From a virus (Duplodnaviria > Caudoviricetes), in IMG/VR virus record IMGVR_UViG_3300024269_004845: 64,000 bases of DNA; one strand, given 5' to 3'. Below, one piece after another: positions 40,789 to 50,948 of this stretch (position 1 is its first letter; every line of letters starts with the position of its first letter). Below the pieces are notes generated by a model. The model had not been told where the DNA came from, did no database searches, and saw only the letters and a program-made list of their open reading frames with translations. The position numbers were made by a program, and so were the translations under genes.

Positions 40789-40909
40789 GATGGCGCACCT
40801 CCTTTACTATACATTATAGCATAAAATGTTTGAAAAATCAAGAGTTATAAAAAAAAGACTATCCGTCTGAGACGGATAGTCTAATTAGCATTTTAATATC
40901 TGCTATTAA

Positions 40910-41095
40910 TTACTTCAAGTTACCAACCTGCATGCTGTTAACAGAGGACTGAGCAGAACCAATCCAGCCAACAATCATACGGCCGAAAGCGATAAGGGCA
41001 ACACCCATGATAAGAGCAACAGCGATACCGATGATAGTTTCAACGGAAGGACCTCCGCACTCACCCATAATAGCAGTCTTCATATTCTTAAACAT
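40910..41095 (-). CDS. Flp-type pilin, probable major pilin
   Basis: GECG|GPSVE plus hydrophobic helix; strong AAAGGAGGT RBS; biased codon usage; own terminator. Confidence 0.75.
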   Translation of the reverse strand: MFKNMKTAIMGECGGPSVETIIGIAVALIMGVALIAFGRMIVGWIGSAQSSVNSMQVGNLK

Positions 41096-41615
41096 TTCGA
41101 ATAACCTCCTTTTAAAAATTTTTGATATTGTTTTTATATTGTAATATCTGTCAAATTGAGATATTACATAATTTGGTTTTATAGGAGATTATCCGAAAAA
41201 CTTAAAATCTCCAAAAATCAAATTATATAATATGATATTAATCATTTTTTAATTTTATAACTAAAATGTGCTTACTAGAACATTATTGTTATATTTTTTT
41301 TAGAATCAATTTCAATCATCATTTTCATATTTAATTTCATTTGGTTTGAAACAAATATTACAATTGACAATTTCTCATTGTCTTATATATCATATTTTAA
41401 TCTTTCTTTAATTTATTATCAAAAAGTGTTTTACAGAATAAAAAATGTTTTTACATTTTTTTCTAACGTCTGAAATCTTTTATTGGTGTCCTTTTCCTTA
41501 TATTTATATAAATAAAAACATATTATTTAATATGTTTTGTAAGTTCCAATTATCGCTTATATCACAGGATACACGTCCTAAAAGAAAAGGAGGTGTCCCG
41601 TTAACGGGAACTAAT

Positions 41616-43688
41616 ATGCAAATTAACGAAATTAGAGAAAAAATTATTGATACTCTTTATACATCGCAGCCTACTGCGATGAAATCTTTGGCTAGAAAAA
41701 TTGAGCTTACTAAAGAAGATTATAAACCATTTCGTATTGTTCTAAATAATTTGGAGAAAACAAATTTGGTGGATAACACTAACGGTAAATATGCTTTTCC
41801 TTCAAATTTTAACATTGGATACTTACAAACATTTAAGAAAAGCGAAAATTATATCTTCTTTAAGAATAAAAAATATCAAGTGGTTGAAGATGTTACTAAT
41901 AGTGCCATTCATGGCGATAAAGTGATTTTTGAAGTTGTTGATAGATATTTACAGACTGTAAGAATTATATCTACAATAAAAAGAAAAAGCACAAAGGTTG
42001 CTGGAATCTATGTTGAATATAATGGTATCGGCTTCGTAGTTCCTGACAATGATAGGTTGAATGTTGATATATATGTGCAAAGAAATAATATTAAGCCAAA
42101 TCTTTATGATAGGGTATTGGTTAAAATCGATGAATATAAAGTTTTCGGCAAGCCTGAAGGGGTTATCGAAAAAAAACTATTTGAAGATTTAAATAAAGAA
42201 GAATCGGCTCTTGAACGTGTTTTATCAAAATATGATATTCCAGCAGAATTTCCAAATGATGTTGTGAAAAAAGCAATCTTGTTAAATGTTCCAGTTAAGA
42301 ATAACATGATAACAGAAAGAGTTGATTTAAGAGATGAAAACATCTTTACTATTGATGGTAAAGACGCTCGTGACTTTGACGATGCTATTTCTATAAAAAA
42401 GACAGAATTCGGATATGAACTTGGTGTTTATATTGCTGATGTATCTTATTATGTACAAGAAAATAGTGTTATAGATAAGTGTGCATTTGAAAGAGGCACT
42501 AGTTATTATTTAGATGATTATGTCGTCCCAATGCTCCCAGTTGCACTATCTAATGGCGTGTGCAGTTTAAATGAGGGAGAAGATAAATTAGTAATTGGTT
42601 TAAAAATAATTTTTGACAATTATGGAAAGATTTTGAATCATGAATTGTTTGAAGCGGTTATATGTTCTAAAAAACGCTTTACATATGAAGAAATAAATGA
42701 CTATCTTAATGGCAAAAATCCAAGATTTAAAGATGATAATCGCTTATTATTCGACGATTTAATGGCTGGTTTTGAATTGGCAGAATTATTAAATAAAAAG
42801 CGTAGTAATAATGGATGTATTGATTTTGAATTTGGTGAGCTTACTTTTAAAAGAAATGATGACAAAAAAATCATTGATTTTGGGACATATGAAAGGGGTC
42901 CAGCAAATGATTTAATTGAAGAGTTTATGATAGTTGCTAATGAAACTATTGCTGAAATATTTGCTGGGTTGGGGCATCCATTTATATATAGAACTCATGG
43001 GGTTCCGTTCAGCGAAAAACTGCAAAATTTTGTTGATATTTGCAAAGAAAACAATATTGATTGCTCAATGCTCGATATAAATAATCCTACTTCTAAACAA
43101 TTGAAAGAACTAATATCCAACATTGAAGATTCTAATCTAAAAAAGAGTATTAATATGAACTTAATTACTACTATGAAACAAGCTCGTTATACAAATGAGT
43201 TTGATGGGCATTTTGGGTTAGCATCTCAATATTACTGTCACTTCACGTCTCCCATTCGTAGATATCCTGACTTATTTATTCATAGGCTAGTTAAAAAATA
43301 CATCCGTAAAAAACTTAACAATGATGTTACTAAAGAGCTTTATGAAAAAATGAGTGAAAAGGTCGCTAAACATTGTTGTTATACCGAGCGTAATGCAGAT
43401 AGAGCAGAAGAGGAATTGAATAGAATTCAGGCTATGCAATATATGGCTGATAATCCTGAAAGAGAATATGAAGCTTTAATATATGGGATTAACAGAAATG
43501 GGTTATTGATTCTCGTCAATGATGTTGTTTCTGGATTTATTCGTGCTAAAAATGATAATGAAGATGGATTAGCATCATCCATCATTATAAATGATATCAC
43601 TTATAAGATTGGCGATAAAATTAATGTTTCTTTTAAAGAGTATGATGTTAAAAACTCGAAATTAATTTTTGACCCATTGGAGGGATAA
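41616..43688 (+). CDS. rnr: Ribonuclease R
   Basis: FTIDGKDARDFDDAIS, LIEEFMIVANE, HFTSPIRRYPDL. Start moved to ATG 41616. Confidence 0.92.
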   Translation: MQINEIREKIIDTLYTSQPTAMKSLARKIELTKEDYKPFRIVLNNLEKTNLVDNTNGKYAFPSNFNIGYLQTFKKSENYIFFKNKKYQVVEDVTNSAIHGDKVIFEVVDRYLQTVRIISTIKRKSTKVAGIYVEYNGIGFVVPDNDRLNVDIYVQRNNIKPNLYDRVLVKIDEYKVFGKPEGVIEKKLFEDLNKEESALERVLSKYDIPAEFPNDVVKKAILLNVPVKNNMITERVDLRDENIFTIDGKDARDFDDAISIKKTEFGYELGVYIADVSYYVQENSVIDKCAFERGTSYYLDDYVVPMLPVALSNGVCSLNEGEDKLVIGLKIIFDNYGKILNHELFEAVICSKKRFTYEEINDYLNGKNPRFKDDNRLLFDDLMAGFELAELLNKKRSNNGCIDFEFGELTFKRNDDKKIIDFGTYERGPANDLIEEFMIVANETIAEIFAGLGHPFIYRTHGVPFSEKLQNFVDICKENNIDCSMLDINNPTSKQLKELISNIEDSNLKKSINMNLITTMKQARYTNEFDGHFGLASQYYCHFTSPIRRYPDLFIHRLVKKYIRKKLNNDVTKELYEKMSEKVAKHCCYTERNADRAEEELNRIQAMQYMADNPEREYEALIYGINRNGLLILVNDVVSGFIRAKNDNEDGLASSIIINDITYKIGDKINVSFKEYDVKNSKLIFDPLEG

Positions 43689-43691
43689 ATA

Positions 43692-43838
43692 ATGAAACTA
43701 AAAACAATTACCATTTGTATGTGCTTAATAATTCTAATGTTTGGGATAATGTTCAAATATGCTACTTGGAGAGACACTGAATTTTTAACTCAAGAAGAAG
43801 TTGTTGAAAGAACTAAAACATTTGAAGAAATAAAATAA
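43692..43838 (+). CDS. 48-aa membrane peptide (not in ORF track)
   Basis: MKLKTITICMCLIILMFGIMFKYATWRDTEF...; GGAGGG RBS within the rnr 3' end. Confidence 0.5.
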   Translation: MKLKTITICMCLIILMFGIMFKYATWRDTEFLTQEEVVERTKTFEEIK

Positions 43839-43864
43839 TAAAAAGTGAGCTAATGGATTTTTCA

Positions 43865-44491
43865 TTAGCTCACTTTTTTTGTATCCCACCAATCCAAAGA
43901 TTCTAAATATTTTTGAGATAGTGGAAAATCTTCTTTTTTGTAATTAAACCAAAAATCGTTAAACTGTAACATATAAACATCCGCAAAAAACTCGCTAGAA
44001 TCTTTTTGAGCATATTCTCTAATTTTTGATTTTTCTTTTTTATAAATATTTTCGAATATTTCTGACTCGTCTGGGTCGCCATTTATTTTGCTTAGCGCAT
44101 GAGCTACTTCATGTAGTAAATTTGCGCCAACCTGGTCGGTAACGGGATAAAGATATATTCGTTTATCAGCGTAAACTGTAAGTCCTGCAAAAAATCTATA
44201 ATATTCCTTGCTATAAGAAATAATTTTTTCTTTATTAATTTCTATTTTATAGCCTGCGTCTCTCAATATCTCTAGGTGGTTTCTTGGTATAGATAATAAG
44301 TTTTTCATAGACATAATATTGGCAAAAGAATAGTGTTTGTCTTGGACAAGAAGTTCATCTGCTAAATTATAATTGGGATGGTATTTCATTCCGTTTATAT
44401 AACTACAAATAAAAAATATTATAAAAATAATAAGCATAACAAATGTTACTAATACCATTTTTGAAATTTTGAGAATACAATTTTTAAGCAT
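43865..44491 (-). CDS. Membrane-anchored zincin, anthrax lethal factor (ATLF)-like catalytic motif
   Basis: LLHEVAHAL..F..IYKKE..YA..SEFFAD..FP...Y. Confidence 0.7.
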   Translation of the reverse strand: MLKNCILKISKMVLVTFVMLIIFIIFFICSYINGMKYHPNYNLADELLVQDKHYSFANIMSMKNLLSIPRNHLEILRDAGYKIEINKEKIISYSKEYYRFFAGLTVYADKRIYLYPVTDQVGANLLHEVAHALSKINGDPDESEIFENIYKKEKSKIREYAQKDSSEFFADVYMLQFNDFWFNYKKEDFPLSQKYLESLDWWDTKKVS

Positions 44492-45386
44492 GATATTTTT
44501 CTCCTAATATATATCTAACGATATTAAAATCATACGGGAAACCTGCAGCCATTTCATGTCCTCCACCACCATATTTTTCAGCAATTTTAGAAACGTTGAT
44601 GGTTCCAAAACTTCTTAATGAAATCGAATTTGGCATACTAATAAACATAAATAGCTTTATTTCGGGGTATGAGGTGTGTATATCTGTTAAAATTTTACTT
44701 ATATATAATGATTCTTCTAAAAAGAAAACCCCTGTTTTATAGCCTTCAAAATCAACGAAAAACAATTCTTTTTGTTTTTGTTTTGAATACATATCTATTT
44801 TATTTTTCATATTTGTCGTGACATCTATATCTGAATAAGAAAGTATATATCCTTTTTTTAAATTAGGAAGAATGTGTCTCCAATAATTTCTAAAATAAAT
44901 AAAAAATAAAATGCTTAGTTCATTGGGGCAATATTTAGAATTATATTTATTTCTCATATATTCTCCCGTATCAAAAAGCCTGACGGTTTCTACATAGTCA
45001 GATATTATATCAACTTTATCTATTTCGCCATTATCTGATAAGTAATTATAAAATAATTGTGTTGCGCAGGTAGGTTTTCCTTTATATGTAGTCTTAATGC
45101 GTGCCCAAGAATATTTATTCAAAAATTCACCTGTTTCGTGATGGTCGATAAGTATGAAATTATCAATGTTGTTGTTAATATATTCTGCTACTTCAGCTGA
45201 TGGATATACATCACACAAAAAGATTTTTTTATACTTATGCATATCTGGGCTATTGAAAAAGTTCATTAATTCTTGGTCTACTAATTTGTTGTTTATATTT
45301 TTTATATCTACTTTTAAATTATAATAACGAGCTACTACGTTAATAGAATATCCATCTAAATCATTATGAGAGAATATTTTATACAT
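44484..45386 (-). CDS. DHH/DHHA1 phosphoesterase (NrnB-like)
   Basis: SHNDLDG, IDHH, SLRS, GGGHEMAAG. Confidence 0.88.
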   Translation of the reverse strand: MYKIFSHNDLDGYSINVVARYYNLKVDIKNINNKLVDQELMNFFNSPDMHKYKKIFLCDVYPSAEVAEYINNNIDNFILIDHHETGEFLNKYSWARIKTTYKGKPTCATQLFYNYLSDNGEIDKVDIISDYVETVRLFDTGEYMRNKYNSKYCPNELSILFFIYFRNYWRHILPNLKKGYILSYSDIDVTTNMKNKIDMYSKQKQKELFFVDFEGYKTGVFFLEESLYISKILTDIHTSYPEIKLFMFISMPNSISLRSFGTINVSKIAEKYGGGGHEMAAGFPYDFNIVRYILGEKYHA

Positions 45387-45491
45387 AACGTGGCACTTCC
45401 TTTCTTGTACGTAATGCGGTTGTTTATTATATTTCGCGTTTTATATTATATCATATTATTAGTGAAATAACAATGATGGAGGTGTTTTATT

Positions 45492-46481
45492 TTGAAGATT
45501 TTAGTTACTGGAGGAACTGGATATATAGGTTCTCATACGGTTGTTGAATTAATTGATAGGGGTTACGAAGTAGTAATCGTTGATAATTTGTCTAATTCTG
45601 AGCTGAATATTTTAAATAAAATTAAAGAAATTACAGGAGTAAGTCCTGAATTTTATTCTTACGATTTAAGAGATAAAGAAAGACTTGAATGGGTTTTTAA
45701 AAAGCATTCATTTAATGCTGTGATACATTTTGCAGGTTTGAAATCCGTTGGGGAATCAATGATTAATCCACTGGAATATTACAATAACAATTTAATATCA
45801 ACAATTTATTTATTGGAGTTAATGAATAAATACAATGTTAATAATATAGTATTTTCTTCTTCTGCTACGGTTTATGGGTTGGCAAATTATGAAATGTTGG
45901 TAGAAGAAAATATTTCTAGTCCCGTTAATACATATGCTGCAACCAAGGCAAATATCGAAAATTTATTATATTTTACTTCTCTTGCAAATAAGAATCTTAC
46001 AGTATCGATTTTGAGATATTTTAATCCTATTGGAGCTCATAAAAGTGGGTTGATTGGTGATGCCCCTACTGGATTTCCTAATAATTTATTACCGTATATT
46101 GGTGATGTCGCCACTAAGAAAAGAGAAAAATTATATGTTTATGGGAATGATTATGATACTCCTGATGGGACTGGAGTAAGAGATTATATACATGTTGTAG
46201 ATTTGGCATTGGCACACATTAAAGCAATTGAAGCTAATATAATGGGATATAATGTTTTTAATATTGGTACGGGGTCTGGGACTAGTGTCCTAGAAATTAT
46301 TACTGCTTTCGAAAAAGCTACTGGTATAAAAATTCCATATGAAATAACTGATAGGAGACCTGGAGATGTTCCAGTTTATATAGCAGACCCTAAAAAGGCA
46401 AATAAAGTTTTGGATTGGCATGCGCAATATACAATTGAAGATATGTGCGCAGATTATTGGAATTATAAAAAGAATAATTAA
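45492..46481 (+). CDS. galE: UDP-glucose 4-epimerase
   Basis: TGGTGYIGSH, FSSSATVYG, YAATK, LRYFNPIGAH, DGTGVRDYIHV. Confidence 0.96.
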   Translation: MKILVTGGTGYIGSHTVVELIDRGYEVVIVDNLSNSELNILNKIKEITGVSPEFYSYDLRDKERLEWVFKKHSFNAVIHFAGLKSVGESMINPLEYYNNNLISTIYLLELMNKYNVNNIVFSSSATVYGLANYEMLVEENISSPVNTYAATKANIENLLYFTSLANKNLTVSILRYFNPIGAHKSGLIGDAPTGFPNNLLPYIGDVATKKREKLYVYGNDYDTPDGTGVRDYIHVVDLALAHIKAIEANIMGYNVFNIGTGSGTSVLEIITAFEKATGIKIPYEITDRRPGDVPVYIADPKKANKVLDWHAQYTIEDMCADYWNYKKNN

Positions 46482-46494
46482 GGAGTTTTTAGAT

Positions 46495-46947
46495 GTGTTA
46501 ATAAAAATATTAACAGTGCTATTAATAGCAATGACCCCTGTTATGGAATTGCGAGCGGCTATTCCTGTTGGGGTTGCCAGCGGTTTAGATTTGAAATTGT
46601 CTATTTTGATTTCTATCATTGGGAATATAATTCCTGTTCCATTTATTGTCCTATTTATTGAAAAGATTTTTCAATGGATGAAGAGATATGATTTTTTTAA
46701 AAGAATAGTTGAAAAAATGGAAAATAAAGTAGATAAAAAAAGAGATGTTGTAGATAAATATGGTTATTGGGGGCTGTTTTTGTTCGTAGCTATTCCATTA
46801 CCTGGAACAGGTGCTTGGACGGGAAGTTTGGTTGCTGCTTTACTCAAAATGAAGATAAAAAAATCATTTATATTTATTGGGTTGGGGGTAATAAGCGCAG
46901 CAATAATAGTGTCCTTAATTACATATGGAGCAACAATAATTATATAA
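46495..46947 (+). CDS. Small multi-drug export (COG2426-like) membrane protein
   Basis: PVMELRAAIPVG, LFVAIPLPGTGAWTG. Start moved to the GTG after AAGGAG. Confidence 0.85.
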   Translation: MLIKILTVLLIAMTPVMELRAAIPVGVASGLDLKLSILISIIGNIIPVPFIVLFIEKIFQWMKRYDFFKRIVEKMENKVDKKRDVVDKYGYWGLFLFVAIPLPGTGAWTGSLVAALLKMKIKKSFIFIGLGVISAAIIVSLITYGATIII

Positions 46948-46987
46948 AAAAGAAAAGAGCTCGTAAGAGCTCTTTTTTGCTATGTAA

Positions 46988-47191
46988 TCAGTTCCAATCG
47001 TCATCCCAGTCATCGGTTCGACGATTTTTCTTTCCGCTCTTCTTGCCGCCATTTCGATGGGCTTCCTGCTTGGATTCCCAGCGGGCCTTGCGACGATTTT
47101 TTTCGTCATCGTGCGCGGCAAACAGTGCTTCTAGCTTGGCCTCCTCGACGGAATCGACATCATAGTTGGCCTGAACGAACTTCTTAGACAT
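46988..47191 (-). CDS. Small highly charged protein
   Basis: AAGGGG RBS, upstream motif copy, downstream hairpin, GC-richer codons. Confidence 0.55.
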   Translation of the reverse strand: MSKKFVQANYDVDSVEEAKLEALFAAHDDEKNRRKARWESKQEAHRNGGKKSGKKNRRTDDWDDDWN

Positions 47192-47240
47192 AATTTTTAC
47201 CCCTTTTATTTTTTTTGTGATAATATATTATAGATTTTTG

Positions 47241-49796
47241 TTATTCGATATATTCTATAAGTTTATCTTTTAATCCAGTATTTCTGTATATGCTTTTTTG
47301 GTTTTGGATACATTTATTTAATGTATATGTATCAGTCAGTGTTGCAATAAATTCCTTTGCGCGAGTATATCCAGTATATAAAAGGTTTCTGTCAAGCATC
47401 ATTGTATTTGCTTGTGTCATTAATAATAAAACTGCTTTCCACTCAGAACCCTGAGATTTATGGATGGTTAACGCATATGAGTGTTCAATATCTGAAAAAT
47501 CATTTTCATAAATAATATATTTATCTTCATACTGGACGATGATTTGTTGGTTATATTCATTGTAATCAGTTTTTGTTTCTATTAATTTAACAATTGTTCC
47601 TACTTCACCGTTTGTGATTCCTGCATTTTCACCATCTAATACTAACATACCATTTTGATTTTTATACCAGGGGATAGTGTAATTATTTCTCATATTTATA
47701 ACCCTATCTCCTCTTTTAAAGTACAAGTCAAAATATAGATTTTTACCATCGATATTAATTCCAATTGTTTTATTAAGGAATCTTATATCATTGTTTTCTG
47801 GGTTGAGTTTTTCTTGTAATAAAAAATTTAAATAATTAGTTCCACATACGCCTGTTTTTTGAGGGCATAGAACTTGTATTTCTCCCAGTTCGTATTTTTG
47901 TAATAAAGAATTAAACAACTTGAAAAGTTTTTCATGCGCTTTGTCATATGTATCACAAGCATATATAAGTGCGTCCATATTTTCTTTTTGGGATGTTATC
48001 ATGTTTCCATCTATAATATTTCGAGCGTTTTTAATTATTCCTGAATCCACTCCCTGACGTTTTACAACATTTAGGGTTACATTGTGAATTTTCCCACATT
48101 CTATTAAGTCTCTTAAAACATTTCCTGCTCCGATAGATGGCAACTGTTTTGTGTCTCCCATAATAATGACTTTTGTATATGGGGCTACTGCTGAGAACAA
48201 TCTATAAGATAATTCAGTATCCAACATAGAAGCTTCGTCTATTACTATACAGTCATATGGTAACATGTTGTTTGCATTAAATTCATATCCTAAATGTGGA
48301 TGGTATTTTAACGCTCTATGTACTGTAAAAGCAGGAATTCCAGTAGCTTTTTGTGCGACTTTAGATGCTTTACCAGTAGGGGCTATTATTATTTTTTCAA
48401 AATAACCTGATTTGTAGGCATATATTTTTTCTATTATTGCTAGCGCGATTTTCATGGTAAATGTTTTACCGCAACCTGCACTACCATTTATGACGATTAC
48501 CCCACCTTGTTCGCTGGCAATTGTTTTTACAGCTTCTCTTTGCTTTTCTTCTAAAGAAATGCCTGTTTGTTCTAAATACATATCAATCATTTTGTCAATA
48601 TCTATATCGTTATTAGGTTTTGCTGATTTGATAATTTGGCTTAAGCTATTTGCTATTTGTTGTTCTTGTCTATAAACTTCGTGTTTATAGACTTTATTTT
48701 CGTCTATTATTAGTCGTTCTTCTAGAATCAGTATATTGATTGCTTCTAATAATTTTTCTTGAGATATTTCAAAAACTAATAACTTGGCATCATCTTTTTC
48801 TTTTTGATATCTTGCATTTGAATATCTTTCCATTGCGTCAAATAACTTTTGTTGAGGTATTTCAAAAGAAATTTGGCCATATTTATAAATAACAGGGCCG
48901 TTACCTTTTATTGACTTATATAGTCTTTTCATCTCTAAAATGCCAATTCTTATGCTAAGTTCTTTTTGCATGTAGTTACAAAAATAATTATAATCAAAGT
49001 AGGTGTCTCCATTTACATTTAGGGAATTCATTTTATACATAATTCCTTCACAAAGTCTCTGGGTATTTTCTGGATGGATGCCTATTTTTTGTGCCATTTC
49101 ATCACATTTTAAAAAACTATAACCTTTTGCATCTCTCGCTAAGAAATATGGGTTTTCGCTTAACTTAATAAAAATTGTATCTCCATATACATCATATAGT
49201 TCTTTTGCTTGATATGACTTAAGTCCTAGATTCATTAAACGAATCATATAATCATAGTCATCTTTTAATTCTTCTATTTGTCGTTTCCAATCGAGTACTT
49301 TTTCTTCATATAATGTAGGAGAAAGCTTAATTAATTCTAGTGGATTATTTTTAATTACGTTTAAAGACTCTTCTCCATATTCTTCATATATGACATCTGC
49401 TAAAAAACCAATACCATTTAGAGATTTTAAAAAGGAAATAATACCTCTTTGATTATGTGGCATTACTTTTTTAATGTCATTTACTTTAAATTGTTTTGTG
49501 CCTCTATAAGTAGATATTATACCATTGGATTCATAGGTTTGGCCTAGGTCAAGATTTCGGACAAAAACGCCTGTTATATTAAATGTTTCTACATGTTCGC
49601 CTTCTACTTGTTCTAATTCACATAAATATGCACCAAAACCATTGCTTTGTTTATATGATATTTCTTTAATGGGAACGAAACGAATAGTTATTTCTTCTCC
49701 ATCTACATATTTTTCCATTGCTAAACCTTCAACGCTGGAATCTCTAATCTTTTCTAAAAACATTCCTTCTTGGAAAATATCGCTCAAATAGGCCAC
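47241..49796 (-). CDS. recD2: RecD2-like SF1B helicase
   Basis: ENPY, GSAGCGKT, VIDEASM, GDTKQLPSIG, YALTIHKSQGSE, YTGYTRAK. Confidence 0.92.
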   Translation of the reverse strand: MAYLSDIFQEGMFLEKIRDSSVEGLAMEKYVDGEEITIRFVPIKEISYKQSNGFGAYLCELEQVEGEHVETFNITGVFVRNLDLGQTYESNGIISTYRGTKQFKVNDIKKVMPHNQRGIISFLKSLNGIGFLADVIYEEYGEESLNVIKNNPLELIKLSPTLYEEKVLDWKRQIEELKDDYDYMIRLMNLGLKSYQAKELYDVYGDTIFIKLSENPYFLARDAKGYSFLKCDEMAQKIGIHPENTQRLCEGIMYKMNSLNVNGDTYFDYNYFCNYMQKELSIRIGILEMKRLYKSIKGNGPVIYKYGQISFEIPQQKLFDAMERYSNARYQKEKDDAKLLVFEISQEKLLEAINILILEERLIIDENKVYKHEVYRQEQQIANSLSQIIKSAKPNNDIDIDKMIDMYLEQTGISLEEKQREAVKTIASEQGGVIVINGSAGCGKTFTMKIALAIIEKIYAYKSGYFEKIIIAPTGKASKVAQKATGIPAFTVHRALKYHPHLGYEFNANNMLPYDCIVIDEASMLDTELSYRLFSAVAPYTKVIIMGDTKQLPSIGAGNVLRDLIECGKIHNVTLNVVKRQGVDSGIIKNARNIIDGNMITSQKENMDALIYACDTYDKAHEKLFKLFNSLLQKYELGEIQVLCPQKTGVCGTNYLNFLLQEKLNPENNDIRFLNKTIGINIDGKNLYFDLYFKRGDRVINMRNNYTIPWYKNQNGMLVLDGENAGITNGEVGTIVKLIETKTDYNEYNQQIIVQYEDKYIIYENDFSDIEHSYALTIHKSQGSEWKAVLLLMTQANTMMLDRNLLYTGYTRAKEFIATLTDTYTLNKCIQNQKSIYRNTGLKDKLIEYIE

Positions 49797-49898
49797 CTCC
49801 TTTTCTGTTTTTATATTCTATTATAATTTTACATTAATAACCACTCAAAAGTATATGAAAAGAAGCTTTGATAAAATCAAAGCTTCTTATAATTATTA

Positions 49899-50948
49899 TT
49901 AATTTTCTGTATCTATTGTGCTATTTGCATTAGTTAGTGTCCCAGTCGCTTCTGTTTTTACTTCGTCTCCTACCTTATTGTTTTCGTGTTTTGTCAGAGC
50001 TGAAAAATCTACTACAGATAAGGCTTCAAACGTATCTTCTGGGCTAATCGAAGAATCTAGATTTTTTAAATATTCGGAAAAACTGATTTTTAGGTTGTAA
50101 TCTGATATACCATCATTATATATAACATCAAAATCATAAATAATAGTTTCGACCATTTCGCTATTTGCAACAATTCCTACTGTTAAATCTTTAATTGAAG
50201 AATTTGTTCTAATATTATAAAGCAAATCTATCATGCTTTTTGTATTATTTTCTCTTCCTAATTTCTTTTGAATGTCGTCGTCAGATTTAAAAAATTCTAA
50301 AAACTCTTTAGAGTTCCAAATACTATCATAAACATCGTTAAATATATCAGTCGACATTGATTCATCAAATTTCAAAGTGTAATGCAATTTTACCTTTTCT
50401 GAAAAGCTTTCACCCGAAAAATTAACTTTTATTTTTTTATCTTCATAATTATTTGAATCGAAAAAAATATTGGCATTTTTAATTGAATATTTTAAAAGCA
50501 TATCTGTTAAATTAGATTTGTTTGTGGGATAACTATGAGAGTAATTTTCATTATAATTTTCAAACTTTATATATCTTGTATCATAAGGAGTTTTGATAAA
50601 TGCCGTATCAAATTTAAAAAATCTATCCCAATCAAAAATATTTTCTCCAGAGTTCAGAGAGACATGCTGCAAAGATTCGCTCATGTCGGTATTAAGCGTT
50701 TCGTTAATAACTACTTGCAATTCAGAAAATGACGGGGTAACGCTTTGGTCAGTAATTGAAAATATGTAGTCTCTGCTATATGCTGGAGACATATTACCTT
50801 TATTTATTATATATAAAGTATTATGTGGGTTTATGTTGAAAAAATTTAAAGAATAAAATACTATTGCTATAAAAACGAAAGATAAAATAGTTAATATTAT
50901 AAATCGACGGTCTTTTTTCTTTTCATAATATATATTTTCATTATCCAT
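49899..50948 (-). CDS. Hypothetical membrane-anchored exported protein
   Basis: N-terminal TM; AGGAGG RBS. Confidence 0.55.
   Translation of the reverse strand: MDNENIYYEKKKDRRFIILTILSFVFIAIVFYSLNFFNINPHNTLYIINKGNMSPAYSRDYIFSITDQSVTPSFSELQVVINETLNTDMSESLQHVSLNSGENIFDWDRFFKFDTAFIKTPYDTRYIKFENYNENYSHSYPTNKSNLTDMLLKYSIKNANIFFDSNNYEDKKIKVNFSGESFSEKVKLHYTLKFDESMSTDIFNDVYDSIWNSKEFLEFFKSDDDIQKKLGRENNTKSMIDLLYNIRTNSSIKDLTVGIVANSEMVETIIYDFDVIYNDGISDYNLKISFSEYLKNLDSSISPEDTFEALSVVDFSALTKHENNKVGDEVKTEATGTLTNANSTIDTEN

Noticed and set aside
41445-41615. N-terminal extension of RNase R in the ORF track
   Set aside because: AT-rich and promoter-like with no RBS; the strong SD lies just before ATG 41616.
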